Assembly: GCA_963695395.1 (NCBI GenBank)
Contig: CAVOGK010000012.1
Span: 205,372-269,371, forward strand
DNA length: 64,000 nt
From: an uncultured Thermoleophilia bacterium
GTDB lineage: Bacteria > Actinomycetota > Thermoleophilia > UBA2241
Direction: 5' to 3'
Every line of letters begins with the position of its first letter. Position 1 is the stretch's first letter. Made by a program: the position numbers and the translations under genes. Of this stretch, positions 1 to 8,853 are shown piece by piece. The notes beneath the pieces are model-generated. The model was not told where the DNA came from. It searched no databases and saw only the letters and a program-made list of their open reading frames with translations.

Positions 1-1
1 C

Positions 2-190
2 GCACGCGAGCGAGAGGTGCTCAAGCTGATCGCCGAGGGCAACACCAATCAGGACATCGCCGACCTGCTCTGCCTGAGCCGCAAGACGGTCGAGACCCAC
101 CGCAGCAACATCATGGAGAAGCTCGGTCTGCACAAGGTCACGGATCTCGTCAAGTACGCCATCCGCGAGGGCCTCGTGGGTCTCGACTGA
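2..190 (+). CDS. C-terminal fragment of a LuxR/FixJ-type response regulator (HTH DNA-binding domain); 5' end lies outside the window
   Basis: Frame 2 reads AREREVLKLIAEGNTNQDIADLLCLSRKTVETHRSNIMEKLGLHKVTDLVKYAIREGLVGLD*, a classic LuxR-type HTH. TGA at 188-190. Confidence 0.85.
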   Translation, partial: AREREVLKLIAEGNTNQDIADLLCLSRKTVETHRSNIMEKLGLHKVTDLVKYAIREGLVGLD

Positions 191-500
191 GCTGTCGGCC
201 GTGCGGGCTCCCGCGTTGGCGGCGCGTCTCCCGTCCACCTTGCCACCGTGCGAGTCGCGGCGCTTGCGACATTGCCGTGGAGAGTATCAGGCCGATTTGC
301 TACACTTTTCACATGGGAAGCGGACGAGTCGCCATGCATCATCGTCACTCAGAGCGCGTCATTCGCAGGCCGGCGCCGGACGCACTCGCGTCTTCAGGCT
401 CCCGCTCCTTGGGGGCGGCACATGAGCGCGGCCGGGCAGGTGACGGACCGGTGAGCGCCGAGTTGGTGCCCGGGCGCGGCCGCGGGGAGTCGTTCGCCTC

Positions 501-1376
501 ATGAGCAGCGCCGGCGTCGTCGTCTTCGTCACTCACGGCCTGCCCGAGCTGCGCACCGCGCTGCGCGGCATCCGCGACACCATCCCGCAGGATGCGCAGT
601 TCGCCGTCGCCGCCTCCGGTACGCAGGAGCAGGAGGCGACCTACCTGCTGCGCCAGTACCTGCGCGGGCGCATCACCGCCCTCGAGTTCGATTACAGCGA
701 TGGCTCCTCTGGGCATTGTGGACTCGACCAGTCGTATCGCATGGTTCAGGGCGACTATCTCGCACGCGTCGACGACACGCTCGCCTTCCAGCCCGGGTGG
801 CTTGAGAGCGCGATCGCCCACCTGGAGGCGGATGAGTCGCTGGGGTGTCTTTCCCTCGTCCCGCCGAGCGACTACCAACGCGGCCGTGGCCGGCCACGTA
901 CCGTCCATATCGAGCCCATCGAGGTCGATCACCTGGACATGCGCTGTTTTGTGGCTGCGCGCGACCTTGTTCAGCGCCACGTGAGCGAGCTCATGGGCGA
1001 GCAGCCGGACTGCTGTCGTTTTCAGGACTACCTGCGCAGTAAGGGCCGCCGCCTCGCCTTCCTGCCGGGAATGGCCGCCGAGCTCGGACTCGTCGAGGTG
1101 CCACGCGGCTTCGACGCGTGCATCCACGAGGCGGACCTGCCGCCGCACGAGGGTGCCACTGGAGCCATGCAGCGCCTCGAGCAAGCCTACGAGCTCGGCG
1201 ACGACGTGTTGCTCACCTGCTTGTCCTGCGGAGCCTCGGAGCTCGAGGTGATGGCGGGGCGCATACGCTCGTGCGAGCGGCATCACGTCGCCATCGGCTA
1301 CTGGTATGAGCTACGCTGCCCGGAATGTGGCGAGCTCCACTACACGGACGACTACCAGTTCCGCTGCCCGGATTGA
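501..1376 (+). CDS. Hypothetical protein: GT-A (family-2 glycosyltransferase)-like region plus C-terminal double-CxxC zinc ribbon
   Basis: 291-aa ORF with non-shadow-like composition. Contains a DD motif followed by W (ARVDDTLAFQPGWLE). C-terminus has CLSCG...CPECG...FRCPD. Function not recognisable. Confidence 0.55.
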   Translation: MSSAGVVVFVTHGLPELRTALRGIRDTIPQDAQFAVAASGTQEQEATYLLRQYLRGRITALEFDYSDGSSGHCGLDQSYRMVQGDYLARVDDTLAFQPGWLESAIAHLEADESLGCLSLVPPSDYQRGRGRPRTVHIEPIEVDHLDMRCFVAARDLVQRHVSELMGEQPDCCRFQDYLRSKGRRLAFLPGMAAELGLVEVPRGFDACIHEADLPPHEGATGAMQRLEQAYELGDDVLLTCLSCGASELEVMAGRIRSCERHHVAIGYWYELRCPECGELHYTDDYQFRCPD

Positions 1377-1440
1377 ACCGCGCAGCGGCTTCAACGAGGA
1401 GGGCGCCGCAGGCGCGCGCCGCGTTGATGAGTGCGGCAGC

Positions 1441-4119
1441 GTGAGTCCCGCCCGGCCCCACCACCCCGGGCGCGGAGGTCCCGCCGGGGCGGGCGACGCC
1501 TCGAAGAGAGCCGCCGCCCGGCTCAGCGTCCGCGGCGTGGTGCAAGGCGTCGGCTTTCGCCCCTTCGTGTACTCACTCGCCGCGCGCTGCGGCGTGCGCG
1601 GCTGGGTGCGCAACACCTCGGCCGGCGTGGAGGTACTGGCGGAGGGCACGCCGGCGGAGGTCGCGGCGTTCGTCGAAGCTCTGCCGGCAGAGGCGCCGCC
1701 GCGTAGTCACATCTCCGCGTACGAGGTCACGGACGTACCGCCGGGCGCCGCCGTCGACGGCCCGGCGGCCGGCGAGTCCTTCGTGATCCTCGAGAGCGCC
1801 GCGGATCCGGACGCGTACCAGCTGGTGTCGCCGGACATCGCCACCTGCGCCGACTGCCGACGAGAGCTGCTGGATCCGCAAGACCGGCGCCACAACTACC
1901 CGTTCACGAACTGCACCAACTGCGGCCCGCGGTTCACCATCATCGAGGGGCTGCCCTACGATCGCGAGCGCACGACGATGCGGCAGTTCCCGCTCTGCCC
2001 GGCGTGCCGGCGGGAGTACGAGGATCCGGCCGACCGGCGCTTCCACGCCGAGCCGAACGCGTGCCCGGTCTGCGGCCCACGAGTGCGGCTGCTGCGGCTT
2101 GGGGAGCCGGGCGGGGCAGGTGGCGCGGCCGCTGCCGGTCCCGCGGACCGCGCCGTGGTGGAGCTGAGCGCCGGCGCCGAAGGCGATCCGGCGGCGCCCG
2201 TCCGCGCGGCGGCGGAGCTGCTGCGCGCCGGCGAGATCCTCGCCGTCAAGGGGCTCGGCGGCTTCCATCTCGCCTGCGACGCCACCGACGGTGACGCGGT
2301 ACGCCGCCTGAAGCTGCGCAAGCGGCGCCCCGACAAGCCGCTGGCGGTGATGTTCGCCGGCCTCGATGAGCTCCGCCGGCATTGCCGCCTGAGCGCGGCG
2401 GAGGAGGCTCTGCTGGCCTCGCCTGAGCACCCCATCGTACTGCTCGAGTGGCGCGAGATCGGCTCGGACGGTGAGCCGGGCCCTGAGCTCGGCGCCGGCG
2501 GCCGGTCGGAGCAGGAGCGTGGCGATCACACCTCTGTCTCCGCTGCGGAGGCGGACCCGGTCGACGCCGAGGTCGCCGTACGCCAGCGATACCTCGGAGC
2601 GATGCTGCCGTACACGCCGCTGCACATCCTGCTGCTGCGGGCCGCCGGCCGGCCGCTGGTGATGACGAGCGGCAACCTCGCCGAGGAGCCTATCGTCAGA
2701 GGCTGGGAGGAGATCGGCCGGCTGACACCCGTCGCGGACGCGTACCTGGTCCACGATCGCGAGATCGCCGTGCGCTACGACGACTCGGTCGCGCAGGTGC
2801 GTGCCGGGCGGCCGCGGCTGATTCGCCGGTCCAGAGGCTACGCCCCGTTTCCGGTGGCGCTGCCGCGGCCGCTTCCCCAGACGCTCGCCGCCGGCGCGGA
2901 GCTCAAGAACACCTTCTGCCTCACGCGCGACGCCAACGCCTTCCTCAGCCAGCACATCGGCGACCTTGAGAACCTGGAGACGCTGGAGCACTACGAGGCC
3001 AGCGTCGAGGTCTACCGACGGCTGTTTCGCTGCGACCCCGTGGTCATCGCCTACGACCTGCATCCCGAGTACCTGGCGACGAAGTACGCGCTTGCCCTGC
3101 CGCAGGCGGAGAAGGTCGCGGTGCAGCACCACCACGCGCACATCGCTGCGCGGCTCGTGGAGCACGGCCGCGAGGAGGCGGTCATCGGCGTCAGCATGGA
3201 CGGCCTCGGATACGGCGACGACGGAACCCTGTGGGGCGGCGAGGTGCTCGTCTGCGACCTCACCGGTTACCGGCGGGTGGCGCACCTCGAGGAGCTGCCG
3301 CTGCCGGGGGGCGCCGCGGCGATCACACATCCCTGGCGGACCGCCCTCGGGTGGAGCTACGCGCTCCTCGGTGAAGAGGGCCTCGAGCGCGCGTCCCGGC
3401 TGCTCGGGCGGGGTCCGGCCGGGCCGGCCGATGAGGAACGAGCGGTGGTCGTGCGGCAGATCGAAGCCGGCGTCAACGCGCCGCTCACCTCGAGCTGCGG
3501 GCGGCTCTTCGACGCCGTCGCCGCCCTGGCCGGCGTGCGGCACACGATCACCTACGAGGGCCAGGCGGCGATCGAGCTGGAGATGATGGCGTCCGGAGCG
3601 GCGATGCGTGCGGAGGACGCGGCGCCGTATGCGTGGTCGCTCGACGGCGCCCCCGGCGCCGCCGCCCTCGCGCCCCGGACGGGTGCGGCGGATTGGGTCG
3701 CGGCCCGAGGCACCACGGCCCGCGGCGCGGCCGGTGATCTCTACGTCGTGCCGGCCGTCGCCCTCGATCCCGCACCGGCGGTGGTGCGCCTCGCGCCGCT
3801 CTTGCGCGGCGTGCTCGCCGACCTCGAGGCGGGCGCCGCGCCCGGCGTCGTCGGGGCGCGGCTCAACATGACCCTTGCCGCGATGACGCTCGACCTGTGC
3901 CGCCGCGTCCGCGCCGCGGCGGGGCTCTCGGCCGTGGCTCTCTCCGGCGGCGTCTTCCAGAACCGGCTGCTCGCCGACTTGTGCTCGGACCGTCTGGCCG
4001 CCGACGGGTTCGACGTGCTCGGCGCCGGACTCGTGCCCGTCAACGACGGCGGCGTTTCACTGGGGCAGGCGGCGGTCGCGGGCTATACTGTGCTCCAGCG
4101 TCGCGGGGAGCTCGGCTGA
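1441..4119 (+). CDS. hypF: [NiFe]-hydrogenase maturation carbamoyltransferase HypF
   Basis: Acylphosphatase-like start (LSVRGVVQGVGFRPFVY). Two zinc-finger pairs (CADCRRE..NCTNCGPRFTII; CPACRREY..CPVCGP). YrdC-like and Kae1-like regions (GGVFQNRLL, VNDGGVSLGQ). Start placed at GTG 1441 because the ATG at 1306 overlaps the upstream gene; start is uncertain. Confidence 0.9.
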   Translation: MSPARPHHPGRGGPAGAGDASKRAAARLSVRGVVQGVGFRPFVYSLAARCGVRGWVRNTSAGVEVLAEGTPAEVAAFVEALPAEAPPRSHISAYEVTDVPPGAAVDGPAAGESFVILESAADPDAYQLVSPDIATCADCRRELLDPQDRRHNYPFTNCTNCGPRFTIIEGLPYDRERTTMRQFPLCPACRREYEDPADRRFHAEPNACPVCGPRVRLLRLGEPGGAGGAAAAGPADRAVVELSAGAEGDPAAPVRAAAELLRAGEILAVKGLGGFHLACDATDGDAVRRLKLRKRRPDKPLAVMFAGLDELRRHCRLSAAEEALLASPEHPIVLLEWREIGSDGEPGPELGAGGRSEQERGDHTSVSAAEADPVDAEVAVRQRYLGAMLPYTPLHILLLRAAGRPLVMTSGNLAEEPIVRGWEEIGRLTPVADAYLVHDREIAVRYDDSVAQVRAGRPRLIRRSRGYAPFPVALPRPLPQTLAAGAELKNTFCLTRDANAFLSQHIGDLENLETLEHYEASVEVYRRLFRCDPVVIAYDLHPEYLATKYALALPQAEKVAVQHHHAHIAARLVEHGREEAVIGVSMDGLGYGDDGTLWGGEVLVCDLTGYRRVAHLEELPLPGGAAAITHPWRTALGWSYALLGEEGLERASRLLGRGPAGPADEERAVVVRQIEAGVNAPLTSSCGRLFDAVAALAGVRHTITYEGQAAIELEMMASGAAMRAEDAAPYAWSLDGAPGAAALAPRTGAADWVAARGTTARGAAGDLYVVPAVALDPAPAVVRLAPLLRGVLADLEAGAAPGVVGARLNMTLAAMTLDLCRRVRAAAGLSAVALSGGVFQNRLLADLCSDRLAADGFDVLGAGLVPVNDGGVSLGQAAVAGYTVLQRRGELG

Positions 4120-4181
4120 GCGCGACGGCTGGCGTTCGGGGACCCGTCACTCAGAGAAGCGAGACGACACAGGACCTCCAC

Positions 4182-4418
4182 ATGTGCATCGCCCTTCCCA
4201 TGCGCATCACCGCCGTCGACGGCATCCGCGCGACGATCGCCGCCGAGGGGCTCGAGCAGGACTGCAGCATCATGCTCGTCCCCGGCGCGGGCGTGGGCGA
4301 CTACGTCCTCGTGCACGCCGGCTTCGCGATCAGCTTGCTGGACGAGGCCGAGGCGCAGGAGACCTACGACCTCCTGCGCGAGATCGACGCCTTCGGCGAG
4401 GAAGATGACGACCGCTGA
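4182..4418 (+). CDS. hypC: Hydrogenase assembly chaperone HypC/HupF
   Basis: Starts MCIALPMRI (conserved N-terminal Cys2). 78 aa, located directly between hypF and hypD. Confidence 0.9.
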   Translation: MCIALPMRITAVDGIRATIAAEGLEQDCSIMLVPGAGVGDYVLVHAGFAISLLDEAEAQETYDLLREIDAFGEEDDDR

Positions 4419-5469
4419 CGATCTCGGCCGGCTCGCCGCCGAGCTGCGCTCGGAGGCCCCTCCCGGCCTCACCTTCATGGAGGTCTGCGGCACCCACACC
4501 ATGGCTATCGCCCGCTACGGACTGCGGCAGCTGCTGCCCAGGGACCTGCGACTGGTCAGCGGGCCGGGATGCCCGGTTTGCGTCACGGCGATGGCCGACC
4601 TGGACCACGTGATCGCGCTCGCTCGCGTGCCGGAGGTGACCCTCGTGACCTTCGGCGATCTCATCCGCGTGCCGGCGTCGCGCGGCTCACTCGCTGCGGC
4701 GCGCGCCGCCGGCGCCGACGTACGCGTGGTGTACTCGCCGCGCGACGCGGTGCGCATCGCCGCCGCCGAGCCGGACCGCGAGGTCGTGTTCGCCGGCATC
4801 GGCTTCGAGACCACGGCGCCCACCACGGCCGCCGCTCTCCTCGAGGCGCGTGAGCTCGGCGTCGCCAACTTCAGCCTCCTGAGCCTGCACAAGACGATGC
4901 CGCAGCCGCTGCGCGCGCTACTCGACCTTGGGGAGACGCCCATCAGCGGGTTCCTGCTGCCGGGCCACGTGAGCGTGATCACCGGCACCGCGTGCTACGA
5001 CTTCCTCGTGCGCGAGTACGGCACTGCTGGGGTGGTGGCGGGATTCGAGGCCCTCGACGTCCTGGAGGCGCTGCTCATGCTGGTTCGCCAGCCGGAGCCG
5101 GAGATCGCCATCCAGTACACTCGCGCCGTGCGGCCCGAAGGCAACGTGGTCGCGCAGCGCCTTCTGGAGCGGGTGTTCGAGCCCGGCGACGCCGACTGGC
5201 GCGGTCTCGGCGTCATCCCCGGGTCTGGTCTCGTGCTGCGCGAGGAGTACGCGGCGGCGGACGCAGCCCGTCGCTTCGTGGTCGATCCGGGCCCCTCGCT
5301 CGAGCCGCCGGGGTGCCGCTGCGGCGAGGTGCTGCGCGGCGTCACCGACCCGGCGGACTGCGCTCTCTTCGGCGCGCGCTGCACGCCGGAGGACCCAGTA
5401 GGCGCCTGCATGGTCAGCAGCGAGGGCGCCTGCGCGGCCCGCTACCGCTACCGGGGGCTTGATGACTGA
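4405..5469 (+). CDS. hypD: Hydrogenase formation protein HypD
   Basis: Motifs MEVCGTHT, GPGCPVCV and a C-terminal Cys cluster. 354 aa. Overlaps the hypC end. Confidence 0.95.
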   Translation: MTTADDLGRLAAELRSEAPPGLTFMEVCGTHTMAIARYGLRQLLPRDLRLVSGPGCPVCVTAMADLDHVIALARVPEVTLVTFGDLIRVPASRGSLAAARAAGADVRVVYSPRDAVRIAAAEPDREVVFAGIGFETTAPTTAAALLEARELGVANFSLLSLHKTMPQPLRALLDLGETPISGFLLPGHVSVITGTACYDFLVREYGTAGVVAGFEALDVLEALLMLVRQPEPEIAIQYTRAVRPEGNVVAQRLLERVFEPGDADWRGLGVIPGSGLVLREEYAAADAARRFVVDPGPSLEPPGCRCGEVLRGVTDPADCALFGARCTPEDPVGACMVSSEGACAARYRYRGLDD

Positions 5470-6502
5470 GCGCAGGACGTCCAGCGAGCGCATCCTCCTC
5501 GGCCACGGCAGTGGCGGCCGGTTGTACCGGGACCTCGTCAAGGACATCTTCGTCACCGCCTTCGCCAACCCGGTGCTCGAGCGGCTCGACGACGCGGCCA
5601 CCCTGGCGCCGTCCGGCCGCATCGCCTTCACCACCGACGCGCACGTGGTGCAGCCGCTGACGTTCCCCGGCGGCGACATCGGCCGCCTCGCGGTGGCTGG
5701 GACGGTGAACGACCTGGCGACGGCGGCGGCGCGGCCGCTGGCGCTCGCCGCCGCCTTCATCATCGAAGAGGGCTTCGCCGTCGACGAACTGCGCGCCGTC
5801 TGCGCCAGCATGGCGGCCACGGCGCGTGAGGCCGGAGTGCCGATCGTCACCGGCGACACCAAGGTGGTCGAACGTGGCGCCGCCGACGGGCTCTTCATCA
5901 CGACGACGGGGGTCGGTGAGATCGTCGTCGGGCACGAGCTCGGGTCGACCGCGGTCCGGGACGGCGACGCGGTGATCCTGAGCGGCGGCGTCGGCGACCA
6001 CGCCGTGGCCATTCTTGCGGCACGCGACGAGTTCGACTTCCGCGCCGACGTGCGCAGCGACTGCGCGCCGCTCTGGGGCCTCGTTGAAGCTGCGGTCGAT
6101 GCCGCGCGCGCGAATGGTGGGGAAGAGGGGCTGCGTTTTCTCCGCGATCCCACGCGCGGCGGCCTCACAACGGTCCTCGCTGAGCTGGCCGAAGAGTCCG
6201 GCCTCGGGATCGAGGTCGAGGAGGAGGCGATCCCGGTCTCGCCGGCGGTGCGCTCGGTCTGCGACCTGCTCGGCTACGACCCGCTGACACTGGCCAACGA
6301 GGGCAAGATGGTGCTGGTGACGGCGGCGGAGGCGGCGGACGCCGTGGTGGCCGCCGTCCGGGCGACGGAGTACGGGCGCGAGGCGCGGCGGATCGGCTTC
6401 GTCACCGCCGCCCACCCGGGCCGCGTCGCCCTGCGTACGCCGTTCGGCACGCGCCGCGTGCTGGACATGCCGATCGGGGAGCTGCTGCCGCGGATCTGCT
6501 GA
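5462..6502 (+). CDS. hypE: Hydrogenase expression/formation protein HypE
   Basis: AIR-synthase-like fold sequence ending in the HypE signature ...LLPRIC*. ATG at 5462 (a TTG at 5459 is also possible). Overlaps the hypD stop. Confidence 0.95.
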   Translation: MTERRTSSERILLGHGSGGRLYRDLVKDIFVTAFANPVLERLDDAATLAPSGRIAFTTDAHVVQPLTFPGGDIGRLAVAGTVNDLATAAARPLALAAAFIIEEGFAVDELRAVCASMAATAREAGVPIVTGDTKVVERGAADGLFITTTGVGEIVVGHELGSTAVRDGDAVILSGGVGDHAVAILAARDEFDFRADVRSDCAPLWGLVEAAVDAARANGGEEGLRFLRDPTRGGLTTVLAELAEESGLGIEVEEEAIPVSPAVRSVCDLLGYDPLTLANEGKMVLVTAAEAADAVVAAVRATEYGREARRIGFVTAAHPGRVALRTPFGTRRVLDMPIGELLPRIC

Positions 6503-6581
6503 GCGCCGTCCGCGGCCGTCTCGTCGTCCTCGGGCGGGTCGGGGCCGCGCGGCGACGACAGGCGTACTGGGCGGGAGGGAC

Positions 6582-6657
6582 TGGAGCCCGGTCGCGGATT
6601 CGAACCGCGGACCCCCTCCTTACCATGGAGGTGCTCTGCCTGCTGAGCTAACCGGGC
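6582..6657 (-). tRNA. tRNA-Thr (anticodon GGT), CCA encoded
   Basis: The reverse complement folds as a cloverleaf. Acceptor GCCCGGT/ACCGGGC, D stem GCTC/GAGC, anticodon stem CCTCC/GGAGG with loop ATGGTAA, T arm CGCGG-TTCGAAT-CCGCG. 76 nt. Confidence 0.9.
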
Positions 6658-6658
6658 T

Positions 6659-6743
6659 TGGTGGGGGAGCTAGGATTTGAACCTAGGTAGGCTGCGCCAA
6701 CGGATTTACAGTCCGCCCCCTTTAACCACTCGGGCACTCCCCC
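6659..6743 (-). tRNA. tRNA-Tyr (anticodon GTA) with long variable arm, CCA encoded
   Basis: Reverse complement is GGGGGAG...CTCCCCCACCA. Anticodon loop CTGTAAA, long variable arm, T loop GGTTCAAATCC. 85 nt, one nt from tRNA-Thr. Confidence 0.9.
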
Positions 6744-7167
6744 GGGAGCCGTGGAAGCGTAGCCCAAAGCGAGGGCGCTTTCAACCGGGATCGAGGCTGG
6801 AAGGCGGGCGGTGGCGATGGCCGGTGGACGAAATGCGGCCGGGGTCGTCAGGGGGATGACGACCCCGGCCGATAAACCTGTGCCGCCCTGCCAGGGGAAG
6901 CGGGCCGGCACATGGGACTCGCTGTCATCGTCACAGCCGACGGCGGGAGGGGGATCCCGGACCGTGGCGCTTGTGATGACATGCGCATTCTACCCGAAAT
7001 ACCGCCGAGAGCAAACGCAACGCAGACCAATGCGCAGATGAGCGTTTGTACCGTTTGTCGAACTCGTCCAGGCAAGGAAGGTGGTGGGTGCTTCGGGTCA
7101 ACGAGGCACCTGGTCGACCGTACAGGCAGACCCCCGAGTTGTCCGATCCGGCGTCTGCCGGTGCGGA

Positions 7168-7196
7168 TTGAGCGCCCTCTGAGCCTGTGGTACCGT
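7168..7196 (+). promoter_or_regulatory. Candidate promoter for tRNA-Met (TTGAGC-17 nt-TACCGT)
   Basis: A -35-like TTGAGC and a TAnnnT-type -10 with 17-nt spacing, ending about 13 nt before the mature tRNA 5' end. Motif match only. Confidence 0.3.
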
Positions 7197-7209
7197 AGGC
7201 GTCCGCCGT

Positions 7210-7286
7210 GGCGGCGTAGCTCAGCTGGTCAGAGCAGCGGAATCATAATCCGCGTGTCGGAGGTTCGAGTCCTCCCGCCGCTACCA
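7210..7286 (+). tRNA. tRNA with CAT anticodon (elongator Met type; lysidine-modified tRNA-Ile2 not excluded), CCA encoded
   Basis: GGCGGCGTAGCTCAGCTGGTCAGAGCAGCGGAATCATAATCCGCGTGTCGGAGGTTCGAGTCCTCCCGCCGCTACCA. The anticodon stem has no GGG/CCC run, so it is not initiator-like. Position 1-72 is a G-T wobble. Confidence 0.85.
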
Positions 7287-7773
7287 CGCCCTCCCCGCCT
7301 CATCAATCGTCTTCGTGGTCGCGATCCGGTGTGCGGAAGCGCACATCCGTCGCGGCCGCACCCGGTCCGGTCTGGTGGCCTGGGCGGCTCGCGGCCTCGC
7401 CCTTGGTCTGAGGGTCCTGCTTATATTCCCTGACTGGAGCATGCGGATTCTGCCGGTTGGACGGGCCGTCGATCTCGCAGCCACCCGCCGGAGTCAGAGG
7501 CGAGGCTCATCGGATGCGACCGGCGCGGCTGTCCTCTCATATCCCCCCGGCCGACCTTCATCGATCGCGACCGCCGCCGCGACGGACCTCGTCGGCCGGT
7601 CGTGCCCGCGACGTGCCGGCGATCGCTCGGCGTCCTCCGTCCGCGTGTCCACTCCTGGCAACGGTCGCGACGCAAGAACGCTTCCCTCGCTGCGTGTCCC
7701 AGCGTACTATCGAAGGCAGGTCAACGCTCGGAGTCAGACCGCCAGTCTGTCAACGGAGTCAAGGAGGGGACCT

Positions 7774-8383
7774 ATGGATCGCATGAAGCGCTTTCGTCCT
7801 TCACCGGCGATGATCGTGGCGATCATCGCACTGGTGCTATCGCTCGGCGGGACGAGCTACGCGGCGATCGTCCTGCCGGCCAACAGCGTCGGCAACAAGC
7901 AGATCAAGAAGAACGCCGTGACCGGCGCCAAGGTGAAGAATGGCTCGCTGACCACGTCGGACATCAAGGCATCCAGTCTGTCCAAGCTGGGCAGGGTCGC
8001 CATCAAGTCCAATGCCAGTCCGGTATCTGTGGCCGCCAGCGCTTCCGCCAGGATCACGATCGTCACGCTCAAGGCGCCGACGAAGGGCTTCGTGCTCGTC
8101 AACGGCTGGGTCACCGCTGCCTATCCCAACGCACGGTGGGGCGTGAGGGTCTGGGACGACGGCGGCGGCGCAGACGCGCACTCTCCCTGGATCAACGCAG
8201 TGATCGGCACGGGCGGGGAATCGATCGGGCTCCAACACGGCGGTCTTCCCGGTCGCGGCTGGCACGCACAACTTCTCGCTGCGGGTCGAGGCAAACGCGG
8301 CTTCGAGTTCCTTCAACGCCTGGGGAACCATCACCGCGCAGTTCATCCCCTACAACGGAGTCGGCACCAAGACGGCCCCGTAA
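7774..8383 (+). pseudogene. Secreted/membrane-anchored hypothetical protein with an apparent +1 frameshift near 8201-8225
   Basis: AGGAGG RBS followed by ATG at 7774. N-terminal TM/signal (PAMIVAIIALVLSLGGTSYAA), then NSVGNKQIKKNAVTGAKVKNGSLT. After ...AVIGTGG the same frame becomes R/G-rich nonsense. The +1 frame, open only from 8201, reads NRSGSNTAVFPVAAGTHNFSLRVEANAASSSFNAWGTITAQFIPYNGVGTKTAP* (TAA 8381-8383). Confidence 0.6.
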
Positions 8384-8478
8384 GAACGGCGTATCCGCCG
8401 TGCTCGCAGCCAGCTGTCTTGACGCGCAGCGACGCGGCCTGACCTCGCTCGTCCGTCGAGCGACGCGAGGACGAGACG

Positions 8479-8520
8479 GAGGGGCCGCCGCCCGCGAGGG
8501 CGGCGGCCCCTCTCTTCGTT
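8479..8520 (+). terminator. Intrinsic-terminator-like hairpin (15-bp perfect GC stem, GCGA loop, T-rich tail)
   Basis: gaggggccgccgccc-gcga-gggcggcggcccctc followed by tcttcgtt. About 95 nt downstream of the 7774-8383 gene. Confidence 0.5.
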
Positions 8521-8853
8521 GGTCGCGGCCGCCGGACGCTGCGTCCTGCGGCCTTCGGTCTCCGGTCACTTGACCGGGCTCACCGTCATCGGCAAGCGCG
8601 GCGAGCCGCGTGGACAAGACGTGGCGAAGGGGCCTGGGCGGCAAGACGTTTGATTCCCCTCGTCGTCCCTTACGTGGCGATCGGAGAATTCCGGTGCCAC
8701 ACTCGCCATGGAGTCCGCGGGCATGCCGGTACGACTCCTGGCGGGGCAGACGGCATGCCCGGCCGGCAGTGCTGTTGTCAAGTGTGGCTACACCTGGGGT
8801 GACCGCGCGACAGCCCCGGTCGCGGTGGCAGCCGAGAGGCGGGGCGGAGCGCC

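Noticed and set aside
1306-1440. The upstream ATG at 1306 as the hypF start, which would give a 937-aa ORF.
   Set aside because: It overlaps the preceding gene by 70 nt and would add ~45 residues of low-complexity sequence before the acylphosphatase domain. GTG 1441 is preferred, though unverified.
1573-3543. Very long ORFs antisense to or out of frame with recognised genes. Examples: 1573-3543 (-), 15518-18166 (+), 16926-19637 (+), 19162-21399 (+), 23120-24832 (+), 26921-29455 (+), 32832-35471 (+), 47274-49469 (-), 50116-51810 (-).
   Set aside because: Their translations are dominated by Arg/Ala/Gly/Pro/Asp/His runs with no recognisable motifs. Each shadows a gene with clear family signatures on the other strand or frame. 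Stop-poor alternative frames are expected at this GC content.
6744-7209. A possible SRP RNA, 6S RNA or tmRNA in the spacer. An AGGAAGG-containing stretch near 7075-7090 drew my attention.
   Set aside because: The conserved SRP domain IV motif and the tmRNA tRNA-like end are not present. Resemblance is limited to a few nucleotides. An Infernal scan is needed to be sure.
6912-7433. A 173-aa ORF in the tRNA-flanking spacer.
   Set aside because: It runs straight through the tRNA(CAT) gene and has junk-like composition.
6582-8853. A possible integrated mobile element or genomic island at the tRNA cluster.
   Set aside because: I recognised no integrase, transposase or phage-like ORF, and I did not see a direct repeat of a tRNA 3' end that would mark an att site. 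I cannot run a systematic repeat search, so the region is kept only as a low-interest finding.
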